A DNA stretch of 62,924 nucleotides, from NCBI GenBank assembly GCA_001599295.1, contig BCGN01000001.1, forward strand, positions 2,418,001 through 2,480,924, read 5' to 3'. Positions 23,442 through 33,983 of the stretch are shown here, piece by piece. The DNA comes from Sporopachydermia quercuum. Lineage: Eukaryota. Position numbers and translations under genes: made by a program. Within the stretch, counting starts at the first letter, position 1. Every line of letters starts with the position of its first letter. The notes beneath the pieces are model-generated. The model worked only from the letters and a program-made list of their open reading frames with translations. It had not been told where the DNA came from and made no database searches.

Positions 23442-25504
23442 TTAATGAGTCTGTAATCCACTTTCTCCTGGTTTAAACCATTGGGAAGCAAACGTTTCCC
23501 AAGCCAGTTTCGCCAAAAGCTCAGCCTTTTCCTCACTGGAGTCAACAGCTTCAATATATATCTTCAACTTTGGCTCAGTACCACTTCCGCGGCATGTAAA
23601 CCGGACTTGAGACAAGTCGCCCTTCTTGGCCTTACCAATAGGGTCTAAAATACCTGTTATCATCTGCGATGATGCAGAAACAGGAAGCAAAGGTTTATGA
23701 TCTCTTGTACTGGAGTCATATCCGACTGTTAAATCTCTCCAGTAGACTATGTTAAAGTTTTCACCAAGAGTCTTTGGGTAGCTATACTGTTTGCTGTCAC
23801 TCTTCTCACTACTATCACCAAGAGCTCTAATAGTATTGAAAACGGTCTCTCCAACTTCTGGACTAGGTGTAAAATAGTAATCATTATACTCGGCAAAATA
23901 ACCATACTTTGAATAGAGTTGATCAAGTTTTTCCAAACAATTGATGCCATCTATTTTCCATTGTAGAGCCATTTGTAGAAACACAGCAGCTGCAGATATA
24001 CCGTCTTTATCATGAACTACAGAAAACATAAACCCAATAGCTTCCTCATAGGCAAAAGGAACATCATATCCTTTGGACTCATACTCAATGGCCTTATTTC
24101 CAATCCACTTGAATCCGGTCAATGTATCACTACTAATAAAGTGTTCTTTATCAGCCATTGCCTTCAAGGCTTGTGATGATACAGTGGAGTTGAGAAAAAC
24201 AAGATTTGATACATCACCGTCATGCGATTTTGCGTATTGAGTGAAAATATAGTCAGCAAATAACAAACCTAGCTGGTTACCTTTCAATTGGACCCATGTT
24301 GACGATAATGCATCCTTAATAGAGGCAGTAAACCTATCAGCATCGGGATCATTTGCTAGAACAAGCTCAACATTTTGTTCGTCTGCTTCTTCCTGAGCTA
24401 TTTTCAAAGCCCCTTTTTCTTCAGGATTAGGAAATTTCACTGTTGGAAAAGCAGGATCTGGATTTGCTTGTTGCGATACAATTACTACTTGATTGCTGAC
24501 AGCTTTAGGATCTTCCAGTAACACATCTAACAGCTTCTTCATTGAATGTAGGCCGACGCCATGCATTGGTGTATAAACAAACTTAAAATTAGCTGGGATC
24601 TTCTGTTTACCTCCTATCAGTTTTTCCTCAATATCTTTGAAGTACTGAGACTCCAAATCTTTGACAGGGTCTTTCAGATCTCCGGTCTTTTCAGCGCTTT
24701 TAAGGGATTCGACAATTTTTTCATAATCCCAGTTTTGGTTCCAAGGTTGTAAATTCTCTTCCAGCTCAATTGTTTTTGCAATTCCACTATCATGCGGCGG
24801 TATTATCTGACAACCGTTACTCCAATATACTTTATAACCATTATCCATTGCTGGATTATGGCTAGCTGTTATCATCACGCCGACAGCCGCCTTTAGAGTA
24901 TCAACACCAAATGGGACCAGTGGAGTATGCACAAATCTTTTTTTATTTTCATGCTCGTTATCTGAAAATCCCAGTAGATAAACCTCAAATCCACGGCTCA
25001 GAAAGGTAAATGCAGTAATGTAGGCAAAATGTTTTGAAAGGTATCTATGATCGAACCCCACCACTAGTTTTTTCCCGATACTACTGGGATTTTGTTCTTT
25101 AGTTAATTGGGTTTCCACGTATTGACAAAGACCCTGTGATGATTGTAAAACTGTAACTGCATTCATTCTGGAAAAGCCTGCTTCCATTCGAGCTCTCAAG
25201 CCTGCAGTACCAAAAGCAATTCGTTCACCCAAACGTCTTTCCAGCTCTTCTGACTTTTGCTCGTTCACCAATTTCATGATTTCATCTCTTGTCTCGTCAT
25301 TCTAATTATCCTGTTAGTAACAGAAAGGCAAGATACATTCATAGGCTCAAGTTTTTATAGTAGCCATAAATGAGCTCTACAACCTCCAGCATGTATATAT
25401 ACTATGAAAAAAAAAGTCCTTACATTATCTATGGCCAGCCATTGTTGGACAAGGCCTTCAACCCTGGGACTCAGAATCCGCAAACTAGTTTCAAAATCTA
25501 CCAT
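23442..25504 (-). CDS. PRM15: Phosphoribomutase/phosphoglucomutase; complement(join(23442..25301,25424..25504)), 646 aa
   Basis: FGTAGLR, ITASHNP catalytic Ser, DPDADR metal loop, RGSGTEPKLK. Exon 1 (..VQQWLAIDN) joins NDETRDEI, giving the family W..D...TR.EI motif. Confidence 0.92.
25302..25423 (-). other. Spliceosomal intron in PRM15 (122 nt)
   Basis: GTAAGG donor, TACTAAC branch, TAG acceptor; phase 0, in frame. Confidence 0.9.
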
Positions 25505-25938
25505 TATTAAAACTTGATAATAGTATTAATGATAACAGAGATTATCTATTCGGCGGTTTCTCCGATTGATCAAAAGAAACTACAGAAACCTGTCACTTAT
25601 CACTTCAATATAAGGCAGATTTCTTATATCTGATCCAGATATGGTTAAAGATATCTGTAGTAACGTGACGTTACTCGTTAATTATGTCATCATTTATTCC
25701 TACTCCTATACTGTCTTATCACACATCAATTTATGTGATCCGTTAATATGATCTGAGATGATAAACACAACTTAGCTTGCAAACAGTATCATCAGCTTTT
25801 TTTTTTCTTTCCTTTTATGACATCAGTTGTCATGCTTACTAATAGTTAGTTTAGTTCGGTTTACGTCTGATCAAAATAAAGCGTATCCTGTGAAGAATTT
25901 TTCCTTCGATTCTCTACCCAAACAGGCGGTTGATTGAC

Positions 25939-25946
25939 CCGGGTAA
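25939..25946. promoter_or_regulatory. Reb1-type site
   Basis: Exact CCGGGTAA, about 200 bp upstream of the ATG of the hAT-derived gene. Confidence 0.55.
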
Positions 25947-26145
25947 CAACTGGAATCCTCTCCTGCTTGGCCATCGGCTCATTTCTCATTGTATTTCGCG
26001 AGGTTTTTTATTTTGAACCGATCTTTTACTTATCCTCATTACAGAAAAAAATTAATTCGGATCAGTTCATAATCATAGATCACCCAGACTCATAAAACGG
26101 CTCTTGATAAATAAGGGTTGTTTAGATCAATTGCTTATCACTACA

Positions 26146-28113
26146 ATGTCTAATTCTAAAGCTAATAATGCAAACAATATAGAGCCAGATATCACTAGTA
26201 TCATGCTCTTTCAAAACGATAACGCTCGGTCAAGAAGCCTCAAACGCACCAAAATATCTGCAGATTCAGAATCGTTATCCGCAGAGCAATTTGATGAATA
26301 TCTTAAAGCAAGAAAAACAAGTGATGTTTGGAAGTATTTTGTTTTCTCGTTGGATCAAGGTCGAGTCTTTTGCAAGTTATGTACAAGAAGTTATAAGTAT
26401 GAAAAAGGTCAGAGCACCTCTAATATGTTAAAGCATATAAAATCCAAGCATGATTATCATTCCGACTCTACCAAATCTGTTGACTTGGCTTCATCATCTG
26501 CGACTACATCCAATGGAAATCCTAGATCTGTAGTCTTAGGTGCTGCAGCCCTCTTAAACTCTACTCCTAGTTCCAAAGCACGCGTAGGTAGTAAGAAAGA
26601 ATATTCAATGAGAGAGACTCCTAAATCTGAAAGTAGGAAAAGAGAGGTATTGGACATTGTTATTGGATTTCTAGTGGAAAATACTCTTCCAATATCAATA
26701 ATATCATCTCCTTCATTTAAAGAATTTCTTCGAATTTTCAAACCCAGTGATACTATTTCTTCATTACCTTCTGCTGAGACATTGTCGGAAACTATCTTAC
26801 AACGATTTACAGAGAAGAAGACAAATATCTTGAAGATATTAAAAAGTCAAGTATCAATAGGCATAACGTTTGACACTTGGAAATCTGCTAAATATGGTAT
26901 GTTTATTGGTTATGCTGCCCATTTCATCGCTGAAGATATGACTAGTGTCTCTATTCCTTTAGCTATACAAGAGCTCTACGCACCTATCAGTGAAGAAGAG
27001 TTTAGTGGATTCCTAGAGCAAGTCCTGGATGACTTTCAAATTAAAAATATAATAATATCCATTACATGCAATAATTTGCTAATTGATTTCCAAAGACTGC
27101 CTAAATTAAATTTCGGCCAGGAAGTGTGTTTTGTTCGCAGTATTACTAATCTGGTAGACGACTTCTCGATCAATGTTTTGAGGGTTATCAACTCTGACAC
27201 TGAAGGCTTACCTCATATTATCAAAAGGCTGCGTGATTTCTGTAGACGTCTTTGGCAAGATGAAGAGCTGAAGGCAAATTACTTAAGTTTCCATGGAGAG
27301 GCGACTTTACCTGTCTATAGAAATAAAACAAATTTGGCATCCACTTTGACATCACTAGAAAGTCTCTATACTGAAAGAAATAGTTTGAACCAATTTATTG
27401 CTTTAAGAGGCCAAGAATTAGGTCTTGATGATTTTGCATTATCAGATTCTGATTGGAAAAGCGTGTTTGACGTTTATAGATTACTACAGTATTCTAAACA
27501 ATTGAATGAGTATTTATCCAAAGAAAATTCTGGCAGTATTACTTTCTACGTCAGAGCCCTTTCTTTCTTTAGAAACCAACTAGAAGAGTTCTTATCTTCA
27601 TCTATCAGTGCATATGTTTCTGAAGCTATTACGGTTTTGATCAATGAATTAGATGGGTTTTTACCGTTGATGGAGGAAAATACAAAGCTACAAGTCTGTA
27701 AATATTTACTTCCTGGTGGTAATATTGAAAACTCAGGTGAAGCTATTGAAGTTTTAACTGAAGCTGCTAGTCCTTTTTTCGAATCAGCGTTGCCTTTGTT
27801 GAAAGATGGTGCAATTTCAGATGATAATAATATTTTCACCAAGATTTATAAACCTAGAAATCCTAATACGATTGGTCGAGAAGTAGAAAGATACTTTACT
27901 GAGTTCCAGCAAGATCCTATGACATTTTGGAAATCTTCTACCTCTTATCCATCTATTAAGAAAGTAGCAAGAATATATTTAGCTATTCAAGCTTGTTCTG
28001 GTAGTTCTGAACGTTTGCTTGATAAATGTCAGCAAATGGCAAGTAAGAGAGATGAAATGGACGTTGAATTATGGCATGCTATTATTCTATTGGAAGGATG
28101 GAGGGTTGTTTAA
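26146..28113 (+). CDS. hAT transposase-derived BED zinc-finger protein (655 aa from the first ATG), probably catalytically dead or domesticated
   Basis: BED finger (RKTSDVWKYF..CKLC..STSNMLKHIKSKH), LPISIISSPSFKEFL segment, first catalytic ITFDTW, hAT C-terminal dimerisation domain (DPMTFWKS..YPSIKKVARIYLAIQACSGSSER). The second Asp, CxxH and TRW motifs are degenerate. No TIR or TSD was seen. Confidence 0.85.
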   Translation: MSNSKANNANNIEPDITSIMLFQNDNARSRSLKRTKISADSESLSAEQFDEYLKARKTSDVWKYFVFSLDQGRVFCKLCTRSYKYEKGQSTSNMLKHIKSKHDYHSDSTKSVDLASSSATTSNGNPRSVVLGAAALLNSTPSSKARVGSKKEYSMRETPKSESRKREVLDIVIGFLVENTLPISIISSPSFKEFLRIFKPSDTISSLPSAETLSETILQRFTEKKTNILKILKSQVSIGITFDTWKSAKYGMFIGYAAHFIAEDMTSVSIPLAIQELYAPISEEEFSGFLEQVLDDFQIKNIIISITCNNLLIDFQRLPKLNFGQEVCFVRSITNLVDDFSINVLRVINSDTEGLPHIIKRLRDFCRRLWQDEELKANYLSFHGEATLPVYRNKTNLASTLTSLESLYTERNSLNQFIALRGQELGLDDFALSDSDWKSVFDVYRLLQYSKQLNEYLSKENSGSITFYVRALSFFRNQLEEFLSSSISAYVSEAITVLINELDGFLPLMEENTKLQVCKYLLPGGNIENSGEAIEVLTEAASPFFESALPLLKDGAISDDNNIFTKIYKPRNPNTIGREVERYFTEFQQDPMTFWKSSTSYPSIKKVARIYLAIQACSGSSERLLDKCQQMASKRDEMDVELWHAIILLEGWRVV

Positions 28114-28753
28114 TTGGAGTATTAGAAATTCAATAGCTAGTGATTCAAAAGGTGTCAGACAATAGGGTTAGATTTATCGTACTGTTGTTTTGGTTCACGA
28201 CCGATTTCATTTAATGTTGTCACTTGATATAGGAATCGCCGGGTCACTATCAAAGGAACTGTCTGTCTCTCTTTCTCTTTCCCTCTTGATTATACTATCT
28301 AGACTGACAGAGCATGTATTTGTTCGGTTAGCATTTTATGGCTTCTAAGAATATTGACAGTAGTAATTAAATGAGTCTGACGAGGGAATCTGTTCAATTA
28401 ATCATACTATTATTAAATAGATTGATTGTATATGCATGAATTATGAACCATTATATAAATACAGTTATATTAATACACCTGATTGAACTGTGCATATGGT
28501 AGTTATGAAGTTATGACATATGATACATTATTCTGGTACAATGACAATGCAGGCAACAAAAAAAACTGAACTTGTAGATGATATTCAATTCAAAATATCT
28601 GAGCTACCTTTACCTCTTTCCAAACCAAAACAGCGCTTATACCCATACGTACAATGCTTTATTGTGTGTGCTTTATCATCCTATACTAAGTTCTTAATAA
28701 CCACAACAGTTATTCATCGTATCATGAAAATTCTTTTGCTATACAAATTTCAT

Positions 28754-31540
28754 TCACTGGTCTTCAGGCACGTCGTCATCATTCTCATTAGCTGAGTCTT
28801 CAAACTCTTCTAAAGCATTGAGTTCTGCATCCAATTCTTCTGCTAAAGCTTCTTCATCAAGGTCATCTTCGGTAGAAACATCATTTGAATCAATAGGATC
28901 AACAGTTTCTTTCACTATTGATTCCGAGTTTGGAACATTGTCAATCACATCAGCTCCATTAACATCTCCTTCTGTATTTTGTTCATATGCTTCTTGATCA
29001 TCAACCAATCCGTTCTCCCTGTCATTTTCAGTGTCATTTCCATCATCATCGTCGTCATCGTCGTCATCATCATCATCATCAGATTCTAGAAACTCATCAA
29101 GTTCTCTGTTCACGTCATTCCAATCTAAACCTTCTGTTATGGAAAATCTATCTTTAAAATCATCACCAGAATCATCATTTGATAATACATTATTTGTAGC
29201 AATAGAATTACTATTGAAACCATCATCAATCTCATTAACTACATAATCTGACTCTGGAACTCTCCTCCAGTTGCTCATACAAGCAAATAGCCAATCTGGA
29301 TGAACTACTTTAACTCCCGGAACTTTCTTCCTTGTTTCTCTCACTTTGGCTGTCCCTGTATTAGTGCATATGATATGGGTAATGTCATAAGTAGGCCTAG
29401 TTTCCACAATAGCACCGAATGATGTAGTCCAACGGACAATACCTGCTGAATGTATATTAATGCCTAATGGTAGCAATCCTGAAAATAGAAACACGCATCC
29501 TTCGAAGACCTGTCTTTTCATAGAAGGAATTATTTCTTTGACATCAGGAATAAGAAATTCCTGTCCTGGATTTTCTTTGTTCATTCTTTCATATTCTTCA
29601 TAGAATCTTTCATGAATTCTTAATAATGCTTTCCTTAAACTGCATAACTCAGTATCATCGTCAACTAACAATCTGTAATCATCAGGATTTTCAGAATGAG
29701 AATGATTTGTTTGGTTGGTAGTAGGGCTCGACGAAGACAAGTTAGGCAAGTCTGTTGATATTGTATTGTTGGCTAAATCATTTGATTGTAATGATGCACT
29801 ACTGTTTTGATGTAGATTTTCTGCTACAGCCTCGGCCTCAGCTTCAGCATCTTCTTCCTCTTGAACCAATCTATCAAGATTCTTCTGTAACTGAGCTAAT
29901 GGACGTTCGCTCTCCTGAGAAACAATAATTTTAGACCTTTGAGTTGATTGTATATCTAATAATTGATCAGCGCTCTTGACATTCTGAAAGTCAATAGCTT
30001 GAATGTTTTTATCTTCAATAAGATCGTCAGTTTCTAGTGCCAATTGCACATTTGATGTGCTACTTCTCCTTCGTCTAAATGTGTGAGCAGAATTTGAAAG
30101 CATGTCTTCATCTGAGTCGCTACTCACTGCTGTCTCTGAACCAGCTGATGATTCTAAATCGTTATTAGATGATTTCCTCATTCTTTTCAAATATTCTGTA
30201 TGGCTCTCATTATTATCATTAGGTCCGAGAGAAGAAGAAGGCTTTCGTTTCTTCGTAGGAATGAGATTATCGTTTGGTAAATTCTTTGATCCATTGAACT
30301 CGTTATTAGTAGTAATGTCTATCCTATCAGTACTGTTATTTCTAGTTTCCGGCCCAGTTTCTCCATTATTGACTGTACCGCGTTCTCCCTCGACTTCTTC
30401 TTGCACTACTGATAATCTGTTCTGCTGTTCTGCTTGTTCTTGTAGTCGTTTCTGCTGTAAAGCAACAATACTCTTCCTACCTCTTGTGGGACCTAAAAGA
30501 ACATCCTGTCTGGGTAAAAAGCCCGAGTTAATATCACCGATTCCCACGAAGAAATCATACGGAACTACTTTCACCAAGTTAGGACTCCATTTCCATACGT
30601 CTCCTCTGTCATCAATAATTACAACCATTGAAGTATCAATTGGAAACAATCGAGCCAGAAATTTTTCAGTAAGAGAGCCTGATTCATTACGTGATAATAT
30701 TCTATCACCAAAAAACTTCCCTGACGGGTCAACGATCTTTGCTATCTCTATAGCATAAGATCTAGTTGCCATTGTATAAATATGTAGTTCGTATTTTTCA
30801 CAAATGGTTTCCAGAAATTCAGTTACTCCAGGTCTTAGTTTTATGTAATAAGAATACACTTTTTCAGTTCCGTTTATCTTTTCACCTAGATTAAATTGTC
30901 TTACGTTTTTGATAGATTCATAATTTGGACCATTAGGATCTTTCATCCATTCTCCAACAGTTGGATCAACAGTAGCATGAATGATGGTTTGATCTAAATC
31001 TACTACCAGGACAAGTTTCCTTTCTTTTAGCAAATTCTCTTCTCGTCTTTTTTCAATCTTGGTTGCTTCAGAAATTGATACTTTGAGATTAGAATTATCA
31101 TGAGTCATGGTAATAGGTGCCCTTTCTGAATATTTGAACCCTGAGTAATCTTCTTCATCATCCACGTTTTTCCCACAGATAGCACACATCCCACCATATT
31201 GCACTGGATGAGCGCATGGTTCCTCAACGGTTGCTATAACAAATGAAGCATTTTCTATCACTTGTCCAACCTTTACATCCAATGATACTATTTTCCCAGA
31301 GATCGGAGATTCAAACTTGTTGACGTATTCAATGGGCCTTTTATTGTTTTCAGCATCAAAATCTTCTTCTTCCTCTCCTTCTTCTCTTTCTACTTTGATT
31401 GTCTCAATGAATTTATATGAAAGAAGTGATTCATGTTTACTAATCCCATCACCAGTTCGCTTCAGTACGGAGACAATAGTAACAGGAAAAGGCACTGAAG
31501 AAGGTAAGGTAATTGGTGTTGGGTCCTGACTCATTTCCAT
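28754..31540 (-). CDS. FCP1: RNA polymerase II CTD phosphatase
   Basis: LVVDLDQT HAD motif, C.H...GGMCAICG, DDRGDVW, BRCT domain (WLFACMSNW), acidic C-terminus. Confidence 0.96.
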   Translation of the reverse strand: MEMSQDPTPITLPSSVPFPVTIVSVLKRTGDGISKHESLLSYKFIETIKVEREEGEEEEDFDAENNKRPIEYVNKFESPISGKIVSLDVKVGQVIENASFVIATVEEPCAHPVQYGGMCAICGKNVDDEEDYSGFKYSERAPITMTHDNSNLKVSISEATKIEKRREENLLKERKLVLVVDLDQTIIHATVDPTVGEWMKDPNGPNYESIKNVRQFNLGEKINGTEKVYSYYIKLRPGVTEFLETICEKYELHIYTMATRSYAIEIAKIVDPSGKFFGDRILSRNESGSLTEKFLARLFPIDTSMVVIIDDRGDVWKWSPNLVKVVPYDFFVGIGDINSGFLPRQDVLLGPTRGRKSIVALQQKRLQEQAEQQNRLSVVQEEVEGERGTVNNGETGPETRNNSTDRIDITTNNEFNGSKNLPNDNLIPTKKRKPSSSLGPNDNNESHTEYLKRMRKSSNNDLESSAGSETAVSSDSDEDMLSNSAHTFRRRRSSTSNVQLALETDDLIEDKNIQAIDFQNVKSADQLLDIQSTQRSKIIVSQESERPLAQLQKNLDRLVQEEEDAEAEAEAVAENLHQNSSASLQSNDLANNTISTDLPNLSSSSPTTNQTNHSHSENPDDYRLLVDDDTELCSLRKALLRIHERFYEEYERMNKENPGQEFLIPDVKEIIPSMKRQVFEGCVFLFSGLLPLGINIHSAGIVRWTTSFGAIVETRPTYDITHIICTNTGTAKVRETRKKVPGVKVVHPDWLFACMSNWRRVPESDYVVNEIDDGFNSNSIATNNVLSNDDSGDDFKDRFSITEGLDWNDVNRELDEFLESDDDDDDDDDDDDDGNDTENDRENGLVDDQEAYEQNTEGDVNGADVIDNVPNSESIVKETVDPIDSNDVSTEDDLDEEALAEELDAELNALEEFEDSANENDDDVPEDQ
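29042..29080 (-). repeat. Coding GAT/GAC trinucleotide repeat (poly-Asp, 13 residues) in FCP1
   Basis: (ATC/GTC)n on the plus strand. Confidence 0.9.
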
Positions 31541-32820
31541 TATTTATTATTCGTGTTTATTCTCTTGGATATAAAAAATGCTTTAATCGTAGAAACAGTT
31601 TCTAAAATGCATAGACAAGGTTCTTGAGCTTGTAGTTACCCTCAGTTCTTAACTGCTGCGAAGCGAAACTGAGAGATCTACAATGTTTTGAGTATCAATT
31701 TTGATTGTTGTTTCAAATGGTCGTCTGCAAGAGGTATATCTGGCTCATCATAATATACACTACTTAAGATTTTCCAACTATTCCTTCTCCGTTTCTTCTC
31801 ACAGCAATGTAAGAGAATAGAACAGCTTTAGATCGTTATAACTATCTACCAAGTGTCTCTTCTTCTGTGATGTGTCGAAACAGTGGATTAATGGGTAAGG
31901 TTAGCCTAGTATCAAATCAATATTTGAGGATGAAAATATTTCATTCAATTCTTTCGGTAAGGATAAATTTCAGCCAATTCTGGTGATTCAATCTGTCATT
32001 CAAGTAGCACGTTATTACTGCAAGTTTATTACTTGCTTTTCCTTACTTACTTGTTCTCACTTTCTTACTTAATCTCAGTGATAATAACAATGACTCGTAT
32101 ATTCTTGGAATCAATATAATGTATGACAGATAGAAATGTAACCACAGTTTAAACAGTGTCCGGTTTCGACAGTTTCCAACTCTACTGAGCATATGTCCGG
32201 GACAGTCGTGTGCTCATCAACTGAAATAATATGCGAGGACAAAGGGATAAAGTAATCTGCAAGGGTATGCATAAATATGCATATAGTACTGATTACGCGT
32301 ATTCAATAATTAGATATTAAGAATAACAATTGAGGAGTGCGACTATATTATGATAATGTTTGCCTATTGAGAAGCAATGGTTTTATGTCAGAAAAGTAAA
32401 TTGTTAGTTTTCAATAATTGTAATTCTATTGCTCTGAATCACAGTTGGTAAGTTGATTTGATAACCGGAAGCACAAAGGGTTCAAAAGAAGGATAAACTA
32501 TCATTGACTGAGTCAGGTGATTTGGATGACCGAAGATTATTCGAAAAGAACAATCAAAACAACCAAAAGCCTTTATCCTGATAAGGATGATGAGAGATGA
32601 CCAGAGTTCTATAGACCATCAAAATTTATTAGCAGATGCAAGATTGCTATATAAAATAAAGAGCATGATGAAAAGATATAAGTTAAAACATGAGGAATAC
32701 ATAATAAGAGATTATAAAAAAATAAAAAATAAAATATAAAGTAAAACTAAAATAGTACAAGGTCAAATCATCGAATGACATACGAGTGACGAAATCGATT
32801 GAAATGAGATTATCATACAC

Positions 32821-33983
32821 TTAGGATAAATGNCTGAGTTGCAAAAGGGATTTAGCAGCACCCATACTTGCTGGAGTACCTTCAACCTTTGTTGGTGAGG
32901 AGTAAGGTTGAGACAGTAGTTTTTCATCATTTTGTCTATGAGTTAAGGACTTTTTGGATTTGCTAGGAGTAACGAACAAATCCTCTTTTGAAGGTTTCGG
33001 TAAACTTGATGTATCTTCATGAATAGTGAAATTACCCTTTCGGTCTATTGAAAGTGGTGTAGAGTATGGAACAGAGGCTGATTGAGATGAGGGGGCTGTA
33101 GTTCTTATAGATTGTGGAGATGTTGATGCATTAAGCAGGTTGTGAAGGTTGAGTTTATTGTTGGGTTTATTGTTGTTGTTTTTTCCAGAGTGTATGGGAG
33201 TTGGGATACTGGAAAAAGAATTTGATGGTACCACAGATCTGAACTCTGATTTCATTGAGATGGATTTAGACTTTGGTACTTTCGTGTAGGATTTTGAGAT
33301 AGAGAATGATGGTTTCTTTTGAGTTTTGGTTCCAGGTGTAAATGAGTTGGATTTTGTTATTTTTGGTGCTCTGATAGGATTTAGTGAGGTTCCGAATTTA
33401 TTGGATCCAATTGAGGAGTTTGACCTTGTCAGAGCTAACTTTTTCTCCAGCAAAGATTTTTGCCTGGAGAAATTTTCGGTTGTTACTAGAGTGCTAAAAG
33501 TAGTTACTCTAGAAGGGAGTTCATTGAGAGATTGATAGACATTTGAAGATAACCGGGTGAGGGGGATATGTGTCTGATTTGTGCATAGTTTAAAATAGGC
33601 TAGCTTCAACCGAGTTTTCAATCTATCAGCGTGCTACATTATGGGTGTTAGTTCAAGGTCTTCTATCAGTTTGTTAAAGAAATGAAGACAAACGAGTTTT
33701 CACTTACCAATTTGGGATCAAAGTCTAGTTCCAATTCTGATTCTGTATGATCACAGAACGATGGTTGTTCAAGTCTGAATGCNNTAATAGGTCTTTCTTT
33801 GCGATCAGAGTTGTCTTCTTTTTTTGTAATTGAAAATGGCACTTTAATTGGACTTTTCAAAGGGCTTTTCTGAGGTGATACAGTCAAGGTTATTTTGTTG
33901 TTGGACGACGGAAGAACATTGATTTGGTTAAGCGAAACCTGCCCGAGAGGTATGCGATTAGGACTCATTGCTACAATAGACAT
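32821..33983 (-). CDS. NRM1: MBF co-repressor Nrm1 (Whi5 family); complement(join(32821..33633,33708..33983)), 362 aa
   Basis: N-terminal D-box RIPLGQVSLNQIN, Whi5/Nrm1 domain HADRLKTRLKLAYFKLCTNQ, several S/T-P CDK sites, C-terminal AAKSLLQL. It neighbours LRO1 as in S. cerevisiae. Confidence 0.85.
33634..33707 (-). other. Spliceosomal intron in NRM1 (74 nt)
   Basis: GTAAGT donor, AACTAAC branch, TAG acceptor; phase 0. Fuses the 105-aa and 266-aa ORFs of the track. Confidence 0.9.

Noticed and set aside
25932..28251. TGACCCGG (about 25935) and CCGGGTCA (about 28239) as remnant TIRs of the hAT element
   Set aside because: Only an 8-bp perfect match, overlapping a Reb1 site. There is no typical hAT terminus on the left and no 8-bp target-site duplication.
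30102..30758. 218-aa antisense ORF in FCP1, and the many short antisense or out-of-frame ORFs inside HSP90, LRO1, POL3, ATG3 and others
   Set aside because: Shadow ORFs caused by the codon structure of well-supported genes; no recognisable motifs.
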